Assembly (NCBI GenBank): GCA_025059745.1
Contig: JANXDH010000004.1
Coordinates: 533,646-597,645 of the forward strand
Source of the DNA: Aigarchaeota archaeon
GTDB taxonomy: Archaea; Thermoproteota; Nitrososphaeria_A; Caldarchaeales; Calditenuaceae
Length of the DNA: 64,000 nt
Reading direction: 5' to 3'
The notes beneath the pieces were generated by a model that was given only the letters and a program-made list of their open reading frames with translations, had not been told where the DNA came from and made no database searches. Position numbers and translations under genes: made by a program. This document shows, piece after piece, positions 56,736 to 64,000 of the stretch. Position 1 is the stretch's first letter; the number at the start of each line of letters is the position of its first letter.

Positions 56736-57610
56736 AGCTCATCGAGAGCCGAGTGATTCGTGGGGGAACAGACTACGACCTCTCCCTCGTAATTACTGAA
56801 ATGCGACCTCACGTCACCGGTCACCTCTTTCTCGCAAACCGCGAATATCGTCGGTCCCTTACCTGACATTCCCGAGGCCATCGCGCCCAATCTCATCGCA
56901 CCGATTATCGGATCGAGGGGGACGTCGGTGATGACAGCGTGCATCACCCCGTTCAGTGTCGCGGCCGTCCAGAAGTCTCCGCGCGTTGCCATGTCGTGCG
57001 CCGCCTCGATCAACTTCTTTATCGGCCTCAGGCTCTCCCTATCGAAGGTACCTGTATATCGCTTCACCGGTGGTATCAGGAGCACCACGTTCACCCATGA
57101 GGGGGCCTCGCTCCTCATCAGTAACCTCCTGTTGAGGTTATCCGTCACCACTACACCTCCCAACAGACAGGCCGCCGCGTCATCCAAAGCTCCGGTTATC
57201 GAGGTCCCGGATCTGATCGATGCTGATACTACCATCTCCAAGACCTCATCCGACCTGACCTCGCACCCCGAAGCCTTGAGAGCGGCCACTGCAACGGCCG
57301 TGCCCACAGAGCTCGAGCTCTTGAGGCCCCTAGCGGACGGTATCTCGCTCTGCACCATGACCCTGAACCCCAGATCATCGATCCCCTTCCTCCTCCGCAC
57401 CTCCGTCACCACCTCCCTGATAAGACCGCCCTCTCTTGAGACTTCTAGCTCTCCATAGCGGTCCCTCGCACTCGCTATCTCGACGTCCCCTCCTTCGACG
57501 ACCTCTACCTCTGCGACAGTCCTGAGGTCTATAGCCATCGCGCTACCTTTAGATATCGAGATAGCGTTCACTATCGTGATCGCACCGTTTGTTACGACCA
57601 TCGCCTTCAT
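56717..57610 (-). CDS. aroK: GHMP-kinase family shikimate kinase (archaeal type)
   Basis: GHMP ATP-binding glycine/serine-rich motif (PSARGLKSSSSVGTAVAVAAL). 297 aa. Divergent from the shikimate operon. Confidence 0.65.
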   Translation of the reverse strand: MKAMVVTNGAITIVNAISISKGSAMAIDLRTVAEVEVVEGGDVEIASARDRYGELEVSREGGLIREVVTEVRRRKGIDDLGFRVMVQSEIPSARGLKSSSSVGTAVAVAALKASGCEVRSDEVLEMVVSASIRSGTSITGALDDAAACLLGGVVVTDNLNRRLLMRSEAPSWVNVVLLIPPVKRYTGTFDRESLRPIKKLIEAAHDMATRGDFWTAATLNGVMHAVITDVPLDPIIGAMRLGAMASGMSGKGPTIFAVCEKEVTGDVRSHFSNYEGEVVVCSPTNHSALDELCSSRS

Positions 57611-57861
57611 CAGGTTTTCTATGCGTCTATCGCTCTCGTTGATTTATAAACGCGAAATTTGGCAGGACACAGAACGAGATCGTAATTAGATTTATATGTA
57701 GGTCGATACAGCAAGTACCGGGGCGGGGGGAAATGGGCGCGGATCTAAGGTATACACTTGGATTCACCTCAGACGGACGCGCCTATTTCTACACGGATGC
57801 CCCATGAACGCCCCCTCTATCCCCCCGCGAACCGATCGGTGTCACATCGTGGTGATGAGAG

Positions 57862-58914
57862 TTGGGTAAGTTAAAGGCCGCAGTTCTCGGTGCGACTGGC
57901 ATGGTCGGCCAGATCTATCTCCAGCTCCTCTCAAGACATCCGTGGTTCGAGCTCTCAGCGGTCACAGGCAAGTCTAACGTGGGCAAGAAGCTGGTAGAAG
58001 CCTACAGGGGTAAGGGGTGGGTACCTCCTGAGTACGCCGACATCGAGGTGTTGCCCACAGACCCATCGAAGGTCGACGCTGACGTGGTCTTCAGCAGCCT
58101 ACCGACACCTGTAGCGAGGGAGGTCGAACCTAAGTTCGCGGAGGCCGGTCTTCCAGTGGTGAGCGATGCGTCCGCGTACAGGATGGCACCAGACGTACCG
58201 CTCATAGTCCCGGAGATAAATGAGGATCACCTGGCATTGATAGAGTTACAGAAGAGGAACAGGCGATGGGACGGTTACATAGTGACCACTCCGAACTGCA
58301 CTACTGTCGGACTCGTCATGCCATTGAAAGCGCTACACGACGCGTTCACTCTCAGGTACGTCAACGCGGTCTCCATGCAAGCCGTATCCGGCGCAGGGTA
58401 CGCAGGTGTACCATCGATAGCCATAATGGGGAACATCATACCGTATATAGACGGTGAGGAGAGAAAGGTCATCGAGGAGCCGAGGAAGATACTGGGCACT
58501 CTAAAGGACGGCAACATCATACCCGCTGAGGTGTCTATCGACGCTACCTGCACGAGGGTGCCGACTCTTTACGGACACCTGATATCCGTTACCGCGGAGC
58601 TTGAGCGCGACTTCACTATCGATCGTGTCGTAGACTCTTTCAGTTCGTTCAAGGGTAAGCCCCAGTTACTCGAGCTGCCGACCGCACCATCAAGACCGAT
58701 CGTGGTTCTAACTGAGGATGATAGACCCCAACCGAGGATTGACGTAGAAGTCGGTGACGTAAAGGGGATGAGCGTCTCGGTAGGCAGGATAAGGAAGGGC
58801 GTGAACGAGAGAACGCTCCTGTTCGTCACTTTGAGTCATAACCTGATAAGGGGCGCTGCCGGTATAGCGATACTGACTGCTGAACTCTTAAAAGTCGGTG
58901 GGTGGTTGGATTAG
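57862..58914 (+). CDS. asd: aspartate-semialdehyde dehydrogenase
   Basis: AAVLGATGMVGQ NAD(P) motif, active-site Cys region (TTPNCTTVGLV), and C-terminal dimerisation domain. 350 aa. Confidence 0.9.
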   Translation: MGKLKAAVLGATGMVGQIYLQLLSRHPWFELSAVTGKSNVGKKLVEAYRGKGWVPPEYADIEVLPTDPSKVDADVVFSSLPTPVAREVEPKFAEAGLPVVSDASAYRMAPDVPLIVPEINEDHLALIELQKRNRRWDGYIVTTPNCTTVGLVMPLKALHDAFTLRYVNAVSMQAVSGAGYAGVPSIAIMGNIIPYIDGEERKVIEEPRKILGTLKDGNIIPAEVSIDATCTRVPTLYGHLISVTAELERDFTIDRVVDSFSSFKGKPQLLELPTAPSRPIVVLTEDDRPQPRIDVEVGDVKGMSVSVGRIRKGVNERTLLFVTLSHNLIRGAAGIAILTAELLKVGGWLD

Positions 58915-59704
58915 TATGGTCTCAGGGAAACAGGTCAGGCTCTCGAGACTCACCGAGAACGGCAAGATGTTGTGCGTGCCCATGGACCACGGAGTCTCCT
59001 CGGGGCCCCTGAAGGGTCTGGATAAGATTTACAGGACGATAGAGCGTATCGAGGCCGGCGGCGCCACGGCCGTGCTCTTCCAGAAGGGCATAATCAAACA
59101 CATGCCGAGACCCCCGAAAATAGGGTTCATCGTACACGTCTCAGCGAGCACCTCGATGGGACCCGATCCCAACTGGAAGGTCAGGGTGAGCGGTGCTGAG
59201 CATGTAGTGAAGCTAGGAGCAGACGGGTTATCCGTTCACATAAACGTGGGCAGCAAGATGGAGGCCGATATGTTGAGGAAGCTCGGTGAGCTGGCGGACG
59301 AGTGCGATTCTTGGCAGCTACCGTTCATCGCTATGATGTACCCGAGGGGGGAGGGAGTGAAGAACCCGAACGATCCTGAGGTGCTAGCGCACGTGGCGAG
59401 GGTGGGGGCCGAGTTAGGGGCCGATCTAGTCAAGGTGCCTTATACTGGCGACGAGTACACGTTCAAGAGAGTCGTGGAGTCGTGTCCCTCACCCATAGTA
59501 GTGGCCGGAGGCCCGAAGATGGACAACGATCTGGACGTCCTCAGGATAGCTAGGGGAGCGATCAACGCGGGTGCGGTCGGGGTGACTATCGGTCGTAACG
59601 TATTCATGCACGATCGGCCCGAGGTCATAATGAGGGCACTGAGGGCGATAGTCATAGAGGACAAGGAGGTCGAAGAGGCGGCTGAGTTAGTTGCGATCAA
59701 GTAG
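58898..59704 (+). CDS. 2-amino-3,7-dideoxy-D-threo-hept-6-ulosonate (ADH) synthase, DeoC/FbaB-family class I aldolase (aroA')
   Basis: LSRLTENGKMLCVPMDHGVSSGP and class I aldolase Schiff-base Lys region (GADLVKVPY). Positioned between asd and DHQ synthase II as in the archaeal alternative shikimate entry. Confidence 0.75.
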   Translation: MGGWISMVSGKQVRLSRLTENGKMLCVPMDHGVSSGPLKGLDKIYRTIERIEAGGATAVLFQKGIIKHMPRPPKIGFIVHVSASTSMGPDPNWKVRVSGAEHVVKLGADGLSVHINVGSKMEADMLRKLGELADECDSWQLPFIAMMYPRGEGVKNPNDPEVLAHVARVGAELGADLVKVPYTGDEYTFKRVVESCPSPIVVAGGPKMDNDLDVLRIARGAINAGAVGVTIGRNVFMHDRPEVIMRALRAIVIEDKEVEEAAELVAIK

Positions 59705-60680
59705 CAGGGAGGTCGTAATCGAGGTCAACGGACCTCAAGAGGCGCTCGAGGCGTACAACAACGGCGCTACGGCCATACTCTGCGACCCATCGGACGTCCC
59801 AAGCGAGCTGAAGGGCAAGATCAAGGTGTATGACAGGCGTGAGCTTAAGTTCGTCAACGTCAAGTCGCAGGACGACGTACTAAGACTCGAGCAGCTGGTG
59901 AGGGGCGGGTCAACTTCACTGATCGTCGAGCCCGAGGACCTCAAGGTCATCCCTCTCGAGAACGTGGTAGCAGTACTTCAGCGCACAGACGCGAGGCTCT
60001 TCGCGCGTGCCTCATCGGTCGAGGAGGTAGAGACCCTTTTGGGCATACTCGAGAGGGGCGTAGACGGCGTAGTCTACAGGCCGAGGGACTGGCACGAGGT
60101 AAAGGTAATAGACGAGGTGGTGAGGACCCCCACTTCTCTCGAACTCAGACCTGCGAGGGTGGTGGAGGTCGTCCCTACTGGGATGGGTGATCGTGCGTGC
60201 GTGGACACCTCGTCGATGCTAAGGATGGGCGAGGGGATGTTGGTCGGCAGCATGTCTAGAATGCTCTTCCTCGTCCACAGCGAGGTCATCGGTTCCAAGT
60301 TCACCCCTCCCAGACCCTTCAGGGTAAACGCCGGAGCCGTCCACATGTACACCCTGATGCCCAAGGGAGTTACCAGGTACCTCTCCGAGATAACCTCTGG
60401 TCAGCGCGTGCTCGTGGTGGACTGGAGGGGGAAGTCAAGGGTCGTCTCAGTAGGGCGGGTCAAGATAGAGAGGAGGCCCATGGCAATGGTAGTGGCCGAG
60501 ATAGACAAAGTGAGGGGCGCGGCTATACTCCAGCTAGCGGAGACTATCAGGCTCGTCGACCCCAAGGGCTCCCCAATCGAGGTCACAAGTCTCAAGGGGG
60601 GCGAGGAGGTTATGGTCCACCTCTCGCGCCCAGCAAGGCACATGGGGATCGACGTCGAGGAATCGATCGATGAGGTCTGA
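59691..60680 (+). CDS. 3-dehydroquinate synthase II (archaeal aroB')
   Basis: 329-aa protein colinear with the MJ1249-type DHQ synthase II family, located between ADH synthase and aroD. Confidence 0.7.
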   Translation: MRSSSREVVIEVNGPQEALEAYNNGATAILCDPSDVPSELKGKIKVYDRRELKFVNVKSQDDVLRLEQLVRGGSTSLIVEPEDLKVIPLENVVAVLQRTDARLFARASSVEEVETLLGILERGVDGVVYRPRDWHEVKVIDEVVRTPTSLELRPARVVEVVPTGMGDRACVDTSSMLRMGEGMLVGSMSRMLFLVHSEVIGSKFTPPRPFRVNAGAVHMYTLMPKGVTRYLSEITSGQRVLVVDWRGKSRVVSVGRVKIERRPMAMVVAEIDKVRGAAILQLAETIRLVDPKGSPIEVTSLKGGEEVMVHLSRPARHMGIDVEESIDEV

Positions 60681-61395
60681 CGTACTGGAGAGGATCTGCC
60701 TCTCTATAAGGGAGTCCTCAGTTAGGGGTTTTGAGGAGAAACTCAGGAGAGCTCATGACCTAGATCCCGTGATGGTTGAGCTGAGGCTCGATGACTTGTC
60801 TCTTGACGAGTCGAGGGAGGCCCTGTCTCTGGCATCGGAGTATCCAGTAAAAGTCATCGCCACCATCAGGTCAGTCAGAGAGGGAGGTGGCTTCAGGGGA
60901 GACGACGAGACGATGATCAAATCGTTGAGGGAACTCTCTGGTCGTGCGGACCTCGTAGACGTCGAGTACAGGCTGTGCGAATTCGATCCGAGGATCGTAG
61001 ATCATCTGAGGTCGAACGGAGCGATGGTGATCGCGTCCAGACACGTCTTGACTCCGATTCTCAAGATTGACCAGATCTCGGAGCTAGCGGAGGAGATGAG
61101 GAGGGTGGCAGACCTGGTCAAGGTGGTCTATACTGCCACCAACACGGTCGTGGCCTTGGGGATCATCGATCTATATGCCAAGGAGTGGGCCAAGGGTAGG
61201 TTGATCTCCTTCTGCATGGGCGAGAGGTGGTCTCTCACGAGGCCCCTCAGCGTCATACTGGGTGCCCCGTTCACCTACGCGTCTCTAGATAATGAGCCGA
61301 CAGGACCTGGACAGCTGAGCTTCACCGAGCTTTTACACTCAATAGAGAAGCTGATGGTGATGCCGAGGATTGCCCCTGATAGGCATCATAGGTAA
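60670..61395 (+). CDS. aroD: 3-dehydroquinate dehydratase, type I
   Basis: TIM-barrel type I DHQase layout (IATIRSVREGG, conserved Lys/His region). 241 aa. Operon position. Confidence 0.75.
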   Translation: MRSDVLERICLSIRESSVRGFEEKLRRAHDLDPVMVELRLDDLSLDESREALSLASEYPVKVIATIRSVREGGGFRGDDETMIKSLRELSGRADLVDVEYRLCEFDPRIVDHLRSNGAMVIASRHVLTPILKIDQISELAEEMRRVADLVKVVYTATNTVVALGIIDLYAKEWAKGRLISFCMGERWSLTRPLSVILGAPFTYASLDNEPTGPGQLSFTELLHSIEKLMVMPRIAPDRHHR

Positions 61396-62203
61396 CCCAG
61401 TGACACACTCGCTCTCTCCCGCGATTCACAACGCGATGTTCTGGGAGATGGGGCTTCCATACTTCTACGTGGCGATAGAGTTGCAGAGCCCCTCAGTCGA
61501 TGATCTGAGGTCTCTCCTAAGATTTATGGGGTTCAGGGGTTTTAACGTCACAATACCCTACAAGGAGGAGGCCGCGAGGCTGGTAGATCGACTGTCCGAT
61601 GAGGCGTCGGCCGCCGGTGCGATCAACACGGTCGTTGTGGAGGACGGTGAACTCCACGGTTACAATACGGACATCGATGGGATCGTATACGCCGCGGAGA
61701 GCATCAACGTTCGGCGGGTCGAGAACGCGATGGTCCTCGGTGCGGGTGGGACAGCGCGGGCTGCACTCCTCTCGTTGATGAAGATGAACGTGGGGAGAAT
61801 CCTGATAGCCAACAGGACCCTCAGCAGGGCCGAGAGACTATCTGTTGAGTTCGGTAGGCTAGGAATGGATGTAAGAGCTATCCCTCTCGAGGAGGCTCGA
61901 GACCATCTAAAGGGAATCGAGCTAGTGGTGAACACAACCTCGGTCGGTCTGAAGAAGGAGGACCGTCCTCTGCTCGACTCGGAGAGTCTCAGGAGCGTGA
62001 GGTATCTGATAGACGTCGTATACTCACCTTCAGGTACGGCTCTCCTGAGAGAGGGGAGTGCAGCCGGGTGTAGGGTCTCTGACGGGATAAAGGTCCTCAT
62101 CGGTCAGGCCGTCCGTTCTTTCGAGCTCTGGACCGGTCAAAAGCCCGATCCAATATTTATGGAGAAGATCGCTAGGGCTAGACTGGAATCGGTGTGGAGG
62201 TGA
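61370..62203 (+). CDS. aroE: shikimate 5-dehydrogenase
   Basis: IGNPVTHSLSPAIHNA substrate-binding motif and VLGAGGTARA NADP motif. 277 aa. Confidence 0.9.
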   Translation: MPLIGIIGNPVTHSLSPAIHNAMFWEMGLPYFYVAIELQSPSVDDLRSLLRFMGFRGFNVTIPYKEEAARLVDRLSDEASAAGAINTVVVEDGELHGYNTDIDGIVYAAESINVRRVENAMVLGAGGTARAALLSLMKMNVGRILIANRTLSRAERLSVEFGRLGMDVRAIPLEEARDHLKGIELVVNTTSVGLKKEDRPLLDSESLRSVRYLIDVVYSPSGTALLREGSAAGCRVSDGIKVLIGQAVRSFELWTGQKPDPIFMEKIARARLESVWR

Positions 62204-62210
62204 GAGGTGT

Positions 62211-63503
62211 TTGTCCGTCCGCGAATCCGTCCATATAGAGTCAAAGGGACCCGTCTCCGGAACTGTTAAGGCCCCGCCGAGTAAGAGTTACTCTCATAGG
62301 GCCGTTATGGTCGGGATGCTGGCGGACGGTGAGTCGAGGATAATTAACGCCTCGTTCAGTAGAGACGTCTTGGCGACGATGAACGCTGCAATAAAGTTCG
62401 GCGCAGGCCTGAAGGTACACGAGTCGGAGCTCTCGGTGGTCGGAGTCGCGAGGCCATCAATACCTGACGACGTGATAGACGCCATGAACTCTGGCACCAC
62501 GATCAGGGTCATGACCGCGATCGCAGGACTGGTCGAGAACGGATACACGATACTGACGGGAGACGAGAGTCTCAGGAGGAGGCCTATGGGACCCCTTTTG
62601 GACGCCATGAACGAGCTCGGCGTGATGGCGCTGTCGTCGAGGGGGAACGGCTGTCCTCCCGTGATAGTGAAGGGTGGAGATATGGGAGGTGAATGCAGGA
62701 TAAGGGGTGACGTCAGTAGCCAGTTCATCAGCGGTCTGCTCATCGCGGGCCCTAGGTCAAGACGGGGACTCGCGGTGAACGTATTAGGGGATCTGGTCTC
62801 GAGACCTTACATCGATGCGACACTATACGTCCAGTCCGCGTTTGGATATAGGTCCATCGAGAACCGGGGGTACGCGCAGTTCAGAGTTTGGCCTGGAGGT
62901 TACTCGGCCACAGAGTTCGAGGTTCCGGGCGATTACGGACTGGCGTCCTTCCTCATGATAGCCCCTCTATTCGCAGGTGGACGAGTCGAGGTTCTAAACT
63001 TATCTGAGGGTCCCCCCCAAGCGGATTACAGAATCGTCGAGATACTAAGAAAGATGGGGGCTAACGTCGAGGTGATGAGGGACAGGGTAGTGGTTGAAGA
63101 GTCGGAGCTGAGAGGCATCGAGGTGAACCTTCAAGACGCACCTGACTTACTACCCGTGATCTCCGTTACGGCTTGTAGGGCCCGCGGTACTACCGTTATA
63201 AGGGGTGTGAGACACGCGAGGTATAAGGAGACCGACAGGTTGAGCATAATATCGTCTGAATTAGGGAAGGTCGGCGCGAAGGTCACAGAGTTGGAGGACG
63301 GGCTGATAATCGAGCCACCTGTGAGGGTGAAGACGGGGGCCCTTGACCCGAGGGGTGATCACAGACTTTTTATGGCGTTCGCTATACTTGCGTTGGCTTG
63401 TGAGGGAGGCATGACCGTACTGGACCCCTCGTCTGCTTCTGTATCGTACCCCAGTTTTATATCGGACCTCACAATGATAGGAGCTGGTGTGAGCTACACT
63501 TGA
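62211..63503 (+). CDS. aroA: 3-phosphoshikimate 1-carboxyvinyltransferase (EPSP synthase)
   Basis: PPSKSYSHRAVMVGMLADG, LGDLVSRPYID, RHARYKETDRL motifs. 430 aa. Confidence 0.9.
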   Translation: MSVRESVHIESKGPVSGTVKAPPSKSYSHRAVMVGMLADGESRIINASFSRDVLATMNAAIKFGAGLKVHESELSVVGVARPSIPDDVIDAMNSGTTIRVMTAIAGLVENGYTILTGDESLRRRPMGPLLDAMNELGVMALSSRGNGCPPVIVKGGDMGGECRIRGDVSSQFISGLLIAGPRSRRGLAVNVLGDLVSRPYIDATLYVQSAFGYRSIENRGYAQFRVWPGGYSATEFEVPGDYGLASFLMIAPLFAGGRVEVLNLSEGPPQADYRIVEILRKMGANVEVMRDRVVVEESELRGIEVNLQDAPDLLPVISVTACRARGTTVIRGVRHARYKETDRLSIISSELGKVGAKVTELEDGLIIEPPVRVKTGALDPRGDHRLFMAFAILALACEGGMTVLDPSSASVSYPSFISDLTMIGAGVSYT

Positions 63504-63536
63504 CCGGCAACGTTCTGGGCGAGAGGTTCGTTGTGA

Positions 63537-64000
63537 TGAGCTTCGGGGAGAGCCACGGTGCTTGCGTGGGCGCGCTAATAGATGGCTGTCCGGCAGGTCT
63601 GCCCATATCAGTTGAGGACATACAGAGACAACTCGATCTCAGGAGGCCAGGCCAGTCACTCGTCACCACCCAGAGGAGAGAGCGCGATGAGGTCGAGATA
63701 CTCACCGGAGTCTTCAACGGATACACGACAGGTGCACCTATCCTGATGATAACGCGGAACAAGGACGTGGACTCAACGAGTTACCTCAAACTCAGGGACA
63801 CCCCGAGGCCGAGTCATGCTGACTTCTTCGCGCACGTGAAGTACGGCGGTTTCAACGACTGGAGGGGCGGCGGTCGCTTCTCAGGCAGGGTGACGGTGAC
63901 CTACACGATGGCGGGCGCACTAGCCCTCAAGCTGTTGAACGTTTATCTGGGCATCGATGTGATCGCGTACACTAAACAGATCGGTGAACTCAAGGTCACG
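63537..64000 (+). CDS. aroC: chorismate synthase (N-terminal part; continues beyond window)
   Basis: MSFGESHGACVGALIDGCPAGLPIS, RRPGQS, SHADFFAHVKYGG motifs. The open frame runs off the window end, so it is absent from the ORF track. Confidence 0.85.

Noticed and set aside
57700-57790. Possible stem (ggcgcg ... cgcgcc) suggesting a small RNA in the aroK/asd intergenic region
   Set aside because: Only a 6-bp GC stem with a ~35-nt loop and no cloverleaf or K-turn/C-D box features; insufficient to call an ncRNA.
1-64000. CRISPR arrays, transposases, integrases, tRNA/rRNA genes
   Set aside because: Scanning intergenic regions >100 bp (21901-22055, 33139-33457, 41057-41219, 57611-57861, 10701-11052) found no direct repeat-spacer periodicity and no tRNA-like acceptor/T-arm (GTTCRANYC) signatures. 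No ORF resembled IS transposases or tyrosine/serine recombinases.

Overview
This 64-kb window is a densely coded chromosomal segment (~70 protein genes) from an archaeon. Archaeal hallmark genes are present throughout: TFB, TFS, RpoL, RpoN, aSUI1, Dph2, Csl4, TiaS, RtcB, PurP, Pth2, CDC48 and GHMP-type shikimate kinase. A/T-rich TATA-like boxes sit ~20-35 nt upstream of many start codons, GTG/TTG starts are frequent, and many adjacent genes share 4-20 nt start/stop overlaps. Mid-50s % GC, AGG/AGA/ATA-rich codon usage and a Sulfolobus-like Ard1 N-acetyltransferase suggest a thermophilic TACK/Thermoprotei-like lineage (inference). I recognised no rRNA or tRNA genes, CRISPR arrays, transposases or integrases, so this looks like core chromosome rather than a mobile island. 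Housekeeping content includes CDC48, malate dehydrogenase, SucD, CysS, HisC, enolase, ribosomal proteins S9 and S2, two PurP paralogs, and a complete archaeal-type shikimate operon (asd, ADH synthase, DHQ synthase II, aroD, aroE, aroA, aroC, with divergent GHMP shikimate kinase). Transport genes include a Liv-type ABC system, two ABC-2 exporters, CorA and an MFS transporter. Blue-copper protein, heme O synthase and a PCuAC copper chaperone indicate an aerobic respiratory flavour. The most interesting signals are: (1) an F420-linked sugar-phosphate oxidation neighbourhood (Fgd-family F420-dependent G6PD-like enzyme, gnd, a double-SIS isomerase, a cyclase-family hydrolase and a LarA-like protein, with Fno at the window edge); (2) a rhodanese followed by a GcvH-like/TusA-like fusion protein that is translationally coupled to an ABC-2 exporter; (3) heme O synthase inserted between the ATPase and permease of an ABC exporter; (4) an 876-aa membrane-anchored metzincin with ~6 tandem beta-repeats; (5) a second purP copy whose conserved N-terminus is only reachable through a +1 frameshift after its ATG; and (6) a rearranged rps9/rpoN/eno/rps2 cluster.
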